From: Dehalococcoidales bacterium
GTDB lineage: Bacteria; Chloroflexota; Dehalococcoidia; Dehalococcoidales; RBG-16-60-22
Reading direction: 5' to 3'
NCBI GenBank assembly: GCA_050014095.1
Contig: JBEKDZ010000001.1
Location: forward strand, 142,560 to 206,559
Length of the DNA: 64,000 bases
The position numbers and the translations under genes were made by a program. Under the pieces are notes generated by a model. It did not search any database. It saw only the letters and a program-made list of their open reading frames with translations, and had not been told where the DNA came from. Positions 1 through 9,404 of this stretch are shown piece after piece; the first letter of the stretch is position 1; every line of letters begins with the position of its first letter.

Positions 1-1
1 A

Positions 2-1282
<1,281 letters not shown>

Positions 1283-1287
1283 TACAA

Positions 1288-1344
1288 CCGTCATTCCCGT
1301 GAAACTTGTCCCGTACTTGATACGGGAACGGGAATCCAGGAACG
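1288..1344. repeat. 57-nt nested-hairpin repeat, copy A (GTCATTCCCG...CGGGAATCCAG family)
   Basis: ccgtcattcccgtgaaacttgtcccgtacttgatacgggaacgggaatccaggaacg is identical to 1704..1760. The outer stem is attcccg/cgggaat and the inner stem is tcccgta/tacggga. Confidence 0.9.
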
Positions 1345-1361
1345 TAGATAATAGGGCTAGT

Positions 1362-1649
1362 ATGAAATCTGGTTATGTATATATTCTTGCCAGTAAACGC
1401 AACGGCACACTATATATCGGGGTAACCAGCGACCTGATAAAGCGTGTTTATGAACATAAAAATGATTTCGTAGATGGCTTTGCTAAAAAATATAAAGTCC
1501 ATTCATTGGTATACTATAAACAGTGTGATGATATCGAATCAGCTATTTCCGAAGAGAAGCGATTGAAGAAATGGAACAGGAAATGGAAACTCGAATTGAT
1601 AGAAAAAGAAAACCCAAGATGGAAAGATTTATACGAAGATTTATTATGA
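1362..1649 (+). CDS. GIY-YIG nuclease family protein (small stand-alone URI-domain protein)
   Basis: GYVYILASKRNGTLYIGVTSDLIKRVYEHKN is a classic GIY-YIG N-terminus. The track start at 1299 (GTG) lies inside the repeat element, so I use ATG 1362. Confidence 0.8.
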   Translation: MKSGYVYILASKRNGTLYIGVTSDLIKRVYEHKNDFVDGFAKKYKVHSLVYYKQCDDIESAISEEKRLKKWNRKWKLELIEKENPRWKDLYEDLL

Positions 1650-1651
1650 CT

Positions 1652-1680
1652 CTGGATTCCCAATCAAGTTGGGAATGACA
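1652..1680. repeat. short hairpin repeat, inverted orientation (CTGGATTCCC-N-GGGAATGAC)
   Basis: ctggattcccaatcaagttgggaatgaca has the stem attccc/gggaat. It belongs to the same family as 13401, 31265, 33071 and 46651. Confidence 0.8.
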
Positions 1681-1703
1681 GAGAAAATGGAAAAAATTTT
1701 TAC

Positions 1704-1760
1704 CCGTCATTCCCGTGAAACTTGTCCCGTACTTGATACGGGAACGGGAATCCAGGAACG
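1704..1760. repeat. 57-nt nested-hairpin repeat, copy B
   Basis: Base-for-base identical to 1288..1344 and in direct orientation. Together the two copies bracket the GIY-YIG ORF. Confidence 0.9.
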
Positions 1761-1802
1761 CTGATAAAATGACTGGAATGACAAAGCATAGTTAGGAGTA
1801 TA

Positions 1803-2795
1803 ATGCCCGAAATCTACCCTGGCATCCACTGGCTCAAACTGCCCATTACCATGGAGCAGTCGGACCTGACGCACGTTAATGTCTATCTTATCAAAGGCGT
1901 TAAAGGTTATCTCCTCGTCGATTCCGGCTGGAACACCGATGAGTCATTTACTACTTTCCACAACTACCTGCTGAAACACGGCATCGGCTTTCAGGATATC
2001 AAGCAGATACTGGTCACCCATGTTCACCCGGACCATTATGGTATGGCGGGTCGTATTAAGCAGCTCTCCGGCGCGGAGATTATAATGCACTACATTGAAA
2101 AGGACTACATCAGACCCCGGTATATCGATATGAATGAGCTGCTCAACCTGACCGATAAAGCGCTTATTGCTAACGGCGCTTCGGAGAAGGAAATGGAGGT
2201 CTTGAGGGACGCCACCCTGGGATTGGAAAACTATATCGTCCCCACCCAGCCCGATACCACCCTGCACGACGGCGAGACTATCAAAACAGGACTCTTCAGC
2301 TTCCGCGTAATCTGGACGCCCGGGCATTCCTCCGGGCACTTGTGCCTTTACGAGCCGGAGAAAAAAATCCTCCTCTCCGGCGACCATATCCTGCCGAAAA
2401 TCACGCCCAACGTCGGTCTGCACCCGCAGTCCATCGAAAATCCGCTCGGGCGCTATATAGAGTCATTGCAACAGATAAGAAAGCTGGACATCGAGCTGAC
2501 GTTGCCCGGGCACGACCAGCCTTTTAAGAATCCCCGGGCGCGCATCGACGAAATAATTCACCACCATAACAACCGAAACCAGGAGATACTGGGTACGCTG
2601 GAACTCGGCGCCAAAACAGCATATAAAATAGCTCAAGAGATAACCTGGGGCAATAACAGCGGGTGGAACGACCTGCCGCCCTTCCACCAGCGGATGGCCG
2701 TCTTTGAGACCCTCGCCCACCTGGAGATGATGGCGGCGGAAAGCCGCGTGGATAAAGTCTCCCACCGGGGCGTCTTTTACTACGCACAGAAGTGA
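1803..2795 (+). CDS. MBL-fold metallo-hydrolase
   Basis: Has the HxHxDH motif (THVHPDHYG), later His/Asp ligands (TPGHSSGH, SGDHILP) and an RBS aggagt 6 nt upstream. Confidence 0.85.
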   Translation: MPEIYPGIHWLKLPITMEQSDLTHVNVYLIKGVKGYLLVDSGWNTDESFTTFHNYLLKHGIGFQDIKQILVTHVHPDHYGMAGRIKQLSGAEIIMHYIEKDYIRPRYIDMNELLNLTDKALIANGASEKEMEVLRDATLGLENYIVPTQPDTTLHDGETIKTGLFSFRVIWTPGHSSGHLCLYEPEKKILLSGDHILPKITPNVGLHPQSIENPLGRYIESLQQIRKLDIELTLPGHDQPFKNPRARIDEIIHHHNNRNQEILGTLELGAKTAYKIAQEITWGNNSGWNDLPPFHQRMAVFETLAHLEMMAAESRVDKVSHRGVFYYAQK

Positions 2796-2809
2796 TATAA
2801 TAGACCGTA

Positions 2810-3853
2810 ATGAAAAAAATCGGCATTACCACCACCGTTCCGGTGGAAGTCCTGCTCGCTGCCGGCTACCAGCCCATCGACCTGAATAATGTGCTCGTAA
2901 GCGCCCCCGACCCCACCAAGTTCGTCACCATCGCCGAGCGGGACGGCTTCCCTTTAAACTGCTGCGCCTGGATTAAAGGCATCTACGGCGTCTGCCTCGA
3001 TGCCGGCATCGAGGATGTGCTCTGTGTCACCAGCGGCGACTGCTCTAATACCATCATGCTCATGGAGGTCTTGAGGCTCAAGGGTAAGAACGCCCTGCCC
3101 TTCGCCTACCCGGAAAGGCCTAATGAAGAGCAGATGGACTACGTCTTGGAAAAACTAGCCGCGACCTTCGGCACGACGCTGGCAGCCGCCGAGAAAATCC
3201 GCCAAAAGCTTAAACCGTCGCGCGACCTCGCCCTAAAGCTGGACGAGCTTACGTGGAAGGATAATAAAGTCAGCGGCGGGGAGAACCACCTCTGGCTCGT
3301 CTCCACCTCCGACTTCAATGGCGATTATCATAAATATCAACAGGACTTACAGGAGCTGGTAAATGCCTGCGTCAAGCGCCAGCCCTACCGCGTTAAAGAG
3401 ATACGTGTGGGGTATATCGGGGTGCCGCCGGTCTACGCCAGGGAGCTTTACCCCTATATTGAAAAGCACGGCGCCAGGGTGGTCTTTAACGAGGTGCAGC
3501 GCCAGTTCGTCATGCCGTCGGACGGTAAAAACCTCGCGGAGCAATATACCAACTATACCTACCCCTACTCCATCAACGAGCGCCTGGTCGATATCAAGGC
3601 CGAGTTAAAAAAGCGACGCATCGACGGGGTGATTCATTACGTGCAGGCGTTCTGCCACCGCGGCATCGGTGATATCGTCATGCGGAGCGCTATCGACCTG
3701 CCAGTTCTGACGTTGGAAGGCAACGCTGACTTTTTCCTGAACGGGCATGTCAAGACCCGCATCGAGGCTTTTTTGGACATGATAGAGAGAAGACAAAAGA
3801 GGACGGGTAAAAAAATCCAAGACAAACTTCTCTCCCCTGGTGGGAGCGATTGA
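2810..3853 (+). CDS. 2-hydroxyacyl-CoA dehydratase family protein (HgdB/BcrC-like)
   Basis: The N-terminus IGITTTVPVEVLLAAGYQPIDL, Cys-containing blocks (NCCAWIKG, SGDCSNT) and C-terminal DGVIHYVQAFCHRG match my recollection of the HGD-D family. Not verified by search. Confidence 0.55.
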   Translation: MKKIGITTTVPVEVLLAAGYQPIDLNNVLVSAPDPTKFVTIAERDGFPLNCCAWIKGIYGVCLDAGIEDVLCVTSGDCSNTIMLMEVLRLKGKNALPFAYPERPNEEQMDYVLEKLAATFGTTLAAAEKIRQKLKPSRDLALKLDELTWKDNKVSGGENHLWLVSTSDFNGDYHKYQQDLQELVNACVKRQPYRVKEIRVGYIGVPPVYARELYPYIEKHGARVVFNEVQRQFVMPSDGKNLAEQYTNYTYPYSINERLVDIKAELKKRRIDGVIHYVQAFCHRGIGDIVMRSAIDLPVLTLEGNADFFLNGHVKTRIEAFLDMIERRQKRTGKKIQDKLLSPGGSD

Positions 3854-3876
3854 GTGAGGGGGTTTCCCCTTAATTT

Positions 3877-3911
3877 CACCCTCACCCTTACCTCTCCCAT
3901 CGAGGGAGAGG
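3877..3911. repeat. CTCTCCC-loop-GGGAGAG hairpin repeat with CACCCTCACC flank
   Basis: tcaccctcacccttacctctcccatcgagggagagg. The same unit recurs at 13512-13550, 15067-15100, 15478-15499 and 57174-57196. Confidence 0.8.
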
Positions 3912-3975
3912 TGATTTGTGATATGAAAAAGTATTAAAATAGGTGTACCACTAGTTTTTTATAGAGGAGGTTCAA

Positions 3976-4989
3976 TTGAAAACTCGTATCGGCATTAACG
4001 GCTTCGGGCGCATCGGCAGGTTGACCTTAAGGGCTATCCTCCAGCGCCATAAAAACGATATCGAAGTGATGGCAGTCAACGACCTCGCGGATACCAAGAC
4101 CAATGCCCACCTTTTTAAGTGGGATAGCGTTTACGGTCGCTACCCGGGCGAAGTTGCCGCTAAAGATAAATCCATCGTTGTCGATGGGCAAGAAATCCAG
4201 GTAATCTCGGAACGTGAGCCCGCTGCCATACCCTGGAAGGATTATAAAGTCGACATTGTTATCGAGTCCACCGGCAGATTCACCGATGCCGCTAAAGCTA
4301 AAGCCCATACCCAGGGCGGCGCGAAAAAAGTCATTATCTCCGCCCCCGCCGATAACGAGGACGCTACTATCGTGCTCGGCGTTAACGAAGGCACCTACGA
4401 CGCTAAAAAACACACCGTTATATCTAATGCCTCCTGCACCACCAACGGCATCGCGCCGGCGGTTAAGGTGCTGCACGAAACTTTCGGCGTGACCAAGGGG
4501 CTGATGACCACCATCCACTCCTACACCAACGACCAGGTGGTGCTGGATATCGTCCACAGGGATATCCGGCGGGCTCGCGCTGCCGCCCTGAACATGATAC
4601 CCACCTCTACCGGCGCCGCCAAACTGGTGGGTAAGCTAATCGCTGGACTGGAAGGCAAGATTCATGGCTACTCCATGCGCGTGCCTACACCCACCGTCTC
4701 CGTTATCGACTTCGTCTGCAATACGCAAAAAGACGTCACTGTCGAGCAGGTCAACGAGGCGTTCAAGAAAGCCGCCGCGGGACAATATAAGGGCATCATC
4801 GAGTACTGCGAAGAAAAGCTGGTCAGTATGGACTTCAAGGGCAACCCGCATAGCTCTATCATCGACGCCCCCAGCACCATGGTCATCGGCGGGAACATGG
4901 TTAAAATCCTCGCCTGGTACGATAATGAGTGGGGCTATTCCTGCCGTCTCGGCGATTTGGTGGTCTATATCGCTTCTAAGGGTCTTTAA
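3976..4989 (+). CDS. gap: type I glyceraldehyde-3-phosphate dehydrogenase
   Basis: INGFGRIGR NAD-binding motif, catalytic SNASCTTN, WYDNEWGY near the C-terminus, and a TTG start with gaggagg RBS. Confidence 0.97.
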   Translation: MKTRIGINGFGRIGRLTLRAILQRHKNDIEVMAVNDLADTKTNAHLFKWDSVYGRYPGEVAAKDKSIVVDGQEIQVISEREPAAIPWKDYKVDIVIESTGRFTDAAKAKAHTQGGAKKVIISAPADNEDATIVLGVNEGTYDAKKHTVISNASCTTNGIAPAVKVLHETFGVTKGLMTTIHSYTNDQVVLDIVHRDIRRARAAALNMIPTSTGAAKLVGKLIAGLEGKIHGYSMRVPTPTVSVIDFVCNTQKDVTVEQVNEAFKKAAAGQYKGIIEYCEEKLVSMDFKGNPHSSIIDAPSTMVIGGNMVKILAWYDNEWGYSCRLGDLVVYIASKGL

Positions 4990-5055
4990 AGAAACCTAGA
5001 GCACCCCACGATGCCAAAAATCCTTATACTATTTGCGAATTTTTGTTCGTAATAA

Positions 5056-5085
5056 TTGACATTACGTCAAATTTGTACGTAAAAT
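5056..5085 (+). promoter_or_regulatory. candidate sigma70-type promoter of tubulin-like gene 1
   Basis: TTGACA (5056-5061), an 18-nt spacer, then TAAAAT (5080-5085). The -35 region forms the palindrome TTGAC-N5-GTCAA. Confidence 0.45.
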
Positions 5086-5114
5086 GGAGTACTAATCCTA
5101 GCGAAAAGTGAACC

Positions 5115-6290
5115 ATGAAACTAATTATTATCGGTATTGGACAGTGCGGCGGCAGAATCGCCGATGAGTTCGCCCGACTGAATAAAAGAGCGCACTCCTC
5201 ACACGGACTTAATATAATTACCGGCGCTTTTGCCGTTAATACCGATATCGCCGACCTTAGCGGTTTAGTCACCATCAAATCCACTTACGAGCGCATCCTC
5301 ATCGGCAACCAAAAAACGCAGGGTCACGGCGTCGGGAAAATCAACGAGTTGGGCGCCGAGATCGCCCACGAAGATGCCGATAAGGTTATCGAGGCAATCA
5401 GAAACACCGAAGGTTTTGCGGAAACCGATGCCTTTTTACTTACCGCTAGCGGGGCAGGCGGCACCGGCTCCGGCGCGATATCCGTAATCACGAAGCAGAT
5501 AAAAGAGCGCTATGTAGATAAACCGGTCTATAACCTCATCGTCCTTCCCTTCGAGCACGAAATCGTTACCGAGGATAGGACGGTTTATAATGTGGCTACC
5601 TGTCTTAAGTCCAGCTATCTTGTAGCTGATGCTATCTTTTTAGTGGATAACCAGCGGTTCGTGATGAAGGACTCCCCGCTTACCGCTAACCTCGCCCAGA
5701 TAAACCAGATGATTGTTAATCCGTTTTTTAATCTCCTCTGCGCCGGCGAGGAGAAAAAGCCCCAGTTCATCGGTGCTAAAATTCTCGATGCCGGTGACAT
5801 TATCCAGACACTGGTTGGCTGGACCGCCCTCGGCTATGGCCAATCGCAACCCCCTAAATCTAAATTCTTTTCGTCTAATGCCTCCCACGACTTTCGTGAT
5901 AAAGCCTCGGAAACCCAGCGGGGAACCTATGCCCTTGATGAGGCTATCAGCAATCTTTCCGTCAAGTGCAATCCGCTGGACTCCAAGCGCGCGCTATATA
6001 TTGTGTCCGCGCCATCTAAAGATATCAATGTTGAACTGGTCAAAGAACTCGGCACTTATATTAAAAACATCGCGCCTGAAGCGATTATCCGCAGCGGCGA
6101 CTACCCGAGAGAAAAAGGCAACCTTGATGTCACGTTAATCCTCTCGGAAATGAGTGATATGGAAGCAGTGAGGAGCTATTTCACCAAAACAATCGATCTT
6201 ATCGCTGAACTCAAGAAACGGCAGGAAGGTATGGTAAACGTACAGCGAGGGATTGATATCTCGATAAAAGACATCCCATCCCTGTTGTAG
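5115..6290 (+). CDS. tubulin/FtsZ-superfamily GTPase, CetZ/tubulin-like (paralog 1)
   Basis: T1 loop GIGQCGGRIA, tubulin signature SGAGGTGSG, GHGVGKINELGAEIA, VDNQR, T7-like ILDAGDIIQT, and a C-terminal KDIPSLL peptide. Confidence 0.85.
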   Translation: MKLIIIGIGQCGGRIADEFARLNKRAHSSHGLNIITGAFAVNTDIADLSGLVTIKSTYERILIGNQKTQGHGVGKINELGAEIAHEDADKVIEAIRNTEGFAETDAFLLTASGAGGTGSGAISVITKQIKERYVDKPVYNLIVLPFEHEIVTEDRTVYNVATCLKSSYLVADAIFLVDNQRFVMKDSPLTANLAQINQMIVNPFFNLLCAGEEKKPQFIGAKILDAGDIIQTLVGWTALGYGQSQPPKSKFFSSNASHDFRDKASETQRGTYALDEAISNLSVKCNPLDSKRALYIVSAPSKDINVELVKELGTYIKNIAPEAIIRSGDYPREKGNLDVTLILSEMSDMEAVRSYFTKTIDLIAELKKRQEGMVNVQRGIDISIKDIPSLL

Positions 6291-6371
6291 TTTTATTTTT
6301 CAAAAGAGTCGGAGCGTTTTTTTCCGTTTTAACTAAACCGCGTAAAATATACCCTTGGCTATTGACTCTAA

Positions 6372-7925
6372 CTATTTTTCAGTATCTTCGTTTTTCGGGT
6401 TTTTGGGTTTTGGTTGGTCTGACTTTTGCTTCTTGGTTTCGTACATCTTTGAAAGAATTTCCAGGCGCTCGGCCATTTTGCTTTTTGACTCTTTAGGCTC
6501 ATCTTTAGAAGCCGCATCGGATGCTTCTTTCTGTGTTTTATCGCCTCTGCCCGTTTTATCCAATCTCTCCATGAGTCTCTTAAGAGCATCTATTTCTGTT
6601 TTGCTGTCTTCAATAACGGGTCGATTAACCCCCTTGGGACTCTCCCTTAGCTCATCAATCGGTTCTTTCTTTTGACTCTGTTTCAAAGCATCTTGGTAGG
6701 GCTTTAACGATGCGTCAACACTTTCTTTGGAAATATGTCTGGTAGCTTCGACACGGCTAACCGCATCCTGGAACGCCGTCATGGATAGTCCGGCAACCTC
6801 CCTCGCCACCTTGGCTGATGCCTCCGTGGCGTCTTTAACGGCTTTTATCGTCCTATCAGCCGATACCTGCGCATCTCGAACTAACGCCTCCGCCACTTCA
6901 CGGGCTTCCTGTACCGCTGCCTCCGTCGCTTGCTTTGTTTCGCGGCTTATTTGCTCCGCACGGGCGATAGCCTCCTCGGTGGCATTTATCGTAGCTTCGG
7001 TCGCCTTACGGGCATCTCGAGCTACTTCTTCAACCTTTTTAATGGTTTCTTGGGTCAATTTGTTCGCTGCGTCGAAAGCCTCTTCATTTTCCTGGCTGAT
7101 TGCCTCAATTCGATCCATCGTTTCGTTCGCCGATTTCTGGGCAGTCTCGGCAAGCTCTCGGGAAGTCTTGCTAAGAACCTCCGCCCGCATAACGGCTTCC
7201 TCCGCCAACTTGGCGGCTGTTTCTACAGTTTTTCGGCTAAATTCGTTGATTTTATCTGCCCGGGCGTTGGTTTCCTTGGCGACTTTATTAGTTACATCGG
7301 CTGCATCCTGGGCTTCTCTGGCCATATGCTCCGCTCGTGCGGTAGCTTCCCGCGCCATTTTCACCGATTCTTCGGCAGCTGCCAGCGACGTTTTCACCGA
7401 TACTTCAACGATATTCATCGCCTTTTCAGATACTTCTTTGGCAGATTCCGCTATTCTCTTGGCTTCGCGGCTTATCTCCTCGATACGGGCCAAACCGTTT
7501 TGTGATAGCGCTAGTGCAGATTCGGCTGCATTCATAGCATCCTGACCGATTTTTTCCGCGCGGGCGATAGCCTCTTGGAAAGTCTTCACCAGCGCTTCCG
7601 CCGTTTCCTTTGGTCTTTTAGCAACATCCTCTGCCTTCTTGATAGCTTCGTCAGCGGCTCTTAAGGTTGCTACCATAGCTTCTTTTGAAGACTGGCTTAT
7701 TTTTTCCGCCCGGTCGATGGCTTCCTGAACAGCTTTTGTAGAGGCATCGGCGCTTGTCTTGACTTCTTTTTCGATATGCTCAAGCTGGCGCATGGCATCC
7801 TTGGCAGCCTCGATTGGTTTCTCGGTTGCCTCTTTGCTCTCCTCGTTTAAAGCTTCAGCCTTGTCTATCGCCTTTTCGAGGTCAGTGTCTTTACCTTTGT
7901 TCTCTTCCGGTAATTCTGGAGACAT
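6372..7925 (-). CDS. Ala/Glu/Lys-rich helical-repeat (coiled-coil-like) protein, 517 aa, no TM segment
   Basis: This is the longest ORF in the region, with RBS gaagggtggg upstream. It has 13 in-register 25-residue repeats (Glu at residues 24, 49 and so on to 324) and a Lys-rich tail. Confidence 0.7.
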   Translation of the reverse strand: MSPELPEENKGKDTDLEKAIDKAEALNEESKEATEKPIEAAKDAMRQLEHIEKEVKTSADASTKAVQEAIDRAEKISQSSKEAMVATLRAADEAIKKAEDVAKRPKETAEALVKTFQEAIARAEKIGQDAMNAAESALALSQNGLARIEEISREAKRIAESAKEVSEKAMNIVEVSVKTSLAAAEESVKMAREATARAEHMAREAQDAADVTNKVAKETNARADKINEFSRKTVETAAKLAEEAVMRAEVLSKTSRELAETAQKSANETMDRIEAISQENEEAFDAANKLTQETIKKVEEVARDARKATEATINATEEAIARAEQISRETKQATEAAVQEAREVAEALVRDAQVSADRTIKAVKDATEASAKVAREVAGLSMTAFQDAVSRVEATRHISKESVDASLKPYQDALKQSQKKEPIDELRESPKGVNRPVIEDSKTEIDALKRLMERLDKTGRGDKTQKEASDAASKDEPKESKSKMAERLEILSKMYETKKQKSDQPKPKNPKNEDTEK

Positions 7926-8085
7926 TACCCACCCTTCTAAATTACTATCTTATATTAGCATAAGCCGTTATTAGACTAATTATATTATTCAAGCGTCACT
8001 TTTTCAATAAAGATACAGTATTTATTTTAATATCCTGACTATTTCAATTACAGATTTGGGAAACACATTTTTATATTACGAGCAA

Positions 8086-8114
8086 TTGACTTTATGACGC
8101 TATTATATTATGCT
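8086..8114 (+). promoter_or_regulatory. candidate promoter of tubulin-like gene 2
   Basis: TTGACT (8086-8091), a 17-nt spacer, then TATGCT (8109-8114). The AATTGAC-TTA-G context resembles the 5056 promoter. Confidence 0.4.
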
Positions 8115-8163
8115 AAAAATAACACGACTTTATAGAAAAATAACGCTGAATTTGAGGTGAACT

Positions 8164-9336
8164 GTGAAACTAGTAGTTGTAGGACTAGGACAATGCGGCG
8201 GTAGAATCGCCGATGAGTTTGCCCGACTTAATAGTAGAGCCCGTGTCCAGCGTAATATGGAAATTATTACAGGTTGTTTCGCCGTGAATACCGATGCTTC
8301 TGATTTATTAGGATTGACCAGCATCCCCAAAGACCACCATCACCGCATCCTTATCGGCGGCCGTAAAACCGGCGGTCATGGCGTGGGCAAGATCAACGAG
8401 CTAGGCGCGGAGATAGCCAAAGAAGACTCTGATAAAATAATCGAGAATCTCCGCAATATCAAGAAATTCTTTGAAACAGATGCCTTCCTGCTTGTCGCCG
8501 GTACAGCAGGCGGTACCGGTTCCGGAGCTGTTTCCGTCGTCACGCAGCGTCTGAAGGAGCGTTACTTCGATAAGCCGGTATGGAACCTGCTCATCCTGCC
8601 TTTCGAACATGAAGAATCGACCGAAGAAAGGACGGTATTCAACGTAGCCACCTGTCTCAAATCCTGCTATTCGGTCGCCGATGCTGTTTTCCTGATTGAT
8701 AATCAAAGATACGTCAGAAAAGACTCTTCCATCCAGTCCAACCTTACCAAGATTAATCAAATGATTGTCGCCCCGTTCTATAATATCCTTTGCGCCGGTG
8801 AAGAGAAAAAATCCAAATATATCGGCTCCAAACTGCTCGATGCCGGCGATATCATCCAGACCGTGGTCGGCTGGACGGCCATCGGCTACGGCAAGACCGC
8901 CCAACCGGTATTTAAAATGCCCGAATTTGGGGATGACTACCGTAAGAAAGGCATGGAAATCCAGAAAGGTATCCGGGCGATGGATGAAGCCATCAGCGAG
9001 CTATCAATGAGATGTAATCCTGCCGAAGCGCGACGGGGTTTATACCTGGTCTCCGGTCCTCCTAAGGATATGAGCATCGACATGATCAAAGAAATCGGTG
9101 ATTATATGAGAGATATCGCCCCGGAAGCCATCATACGTAACGGCGATTATCCCCGGGATAGCGGCGTGGTCGATGTCACCATTCTCTTTTCCGAGTTTTC
9201 CGATGTCGAGAAGGTCAGGAACTACTATGTCCGCTCCTCCGACCTTATTCCCGAGTTCAAGAGACGGCAGGAAGTAACCGAAGACAAGTTAAGGTCTCTG
9301 GAAGATGCCTCCAAGGATATTCCTTCGCTGCTGTAA
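8164..9336 (+). CDS. tubulin/FtsZ-superfamily GTPase, CetZ/tubulin-like (paralog 2)
   Basis: GTG start with gaggtga RBS. Carries GLGQCGGRIA, GTAGGTGSG, GHGVGKINELGAEIA, IDNQR, LLDAGDIIQT and C-terminal KDIPSLL. It is collinear with paralog 1. Confidence 0.85.
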   Translation: MKLVVVGLGQCGGRIADEFARLNSRARVQRNMEIITGCFAVNTDASDLLGLTSIPKDHHHRILIGGRKTGGHGVGKINELGAEIAKEDSDKIIENLRNIKKFFETDAFLLVAGTAGGTGSGAVSVVTQRLKERYFDKPVWNLLILPFEHEESTEERTVFNVATCLKSCYSVADAVFLIDNQRYVRKDSSIQSNLTKINQMIVAPFYNILCAGEEKKSKYIGSKLLDAGDIIQTVVGWTAIGYGKTAQPVFKMPEFGDDYRKKGMEIQKGIRAMDEAISELSMRCNPAEARRGLYLVSGPPKDMSIDMIKEIGDYMRDIAPEAIIRNGDYPRDSGVVDVTILFSEFSDVEKVRNYYVRSSDLIPEFKRRQEVTEDKLRSLEDASKDIPSLL

Positions 9337-9363
9337 AAAATAATTAGAAACTAATGAGAGCTT

Positions 9364-9393
9364 AGGGGGGCATCAAAAACCCCCCTTCTTTTT
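9364..9393 (+). terminator. rho-independent terminator after tubulin-like gene 2
   Basis: Stem agggggg/cccccct with a 9-nt loop, followed by tcttttt. Confidence 0.6.
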
Positions 9394-9404
9394 CGCTTCA
9401 CATT

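Noticed and set aside
1299-1361. GTG 1299 as the start of the GIY-YIG gene.
   Set aside because: These codons (MKLVPYLIRERESRNVDNRAS) are a translation of the 57-nt repeat, which recurs in non-coding contexts. The GIY-YIG domain begins right after ATG 1362.
6355-7545. Plus-strand track ORFs 6355-6675, 6727-7545 (272 aa) and 6930-7505 (191 aa) overlapping the 517-aa minus-strand gene.
   Set aside because: They are Ser/Ala/Leu/Phe low-complexity translations of the antisense strand of an Ala/Glu-rich repeat gene. They have no RBS and are shorter than the minus-strand ORF, which has an SD and a regular repeat architecture.
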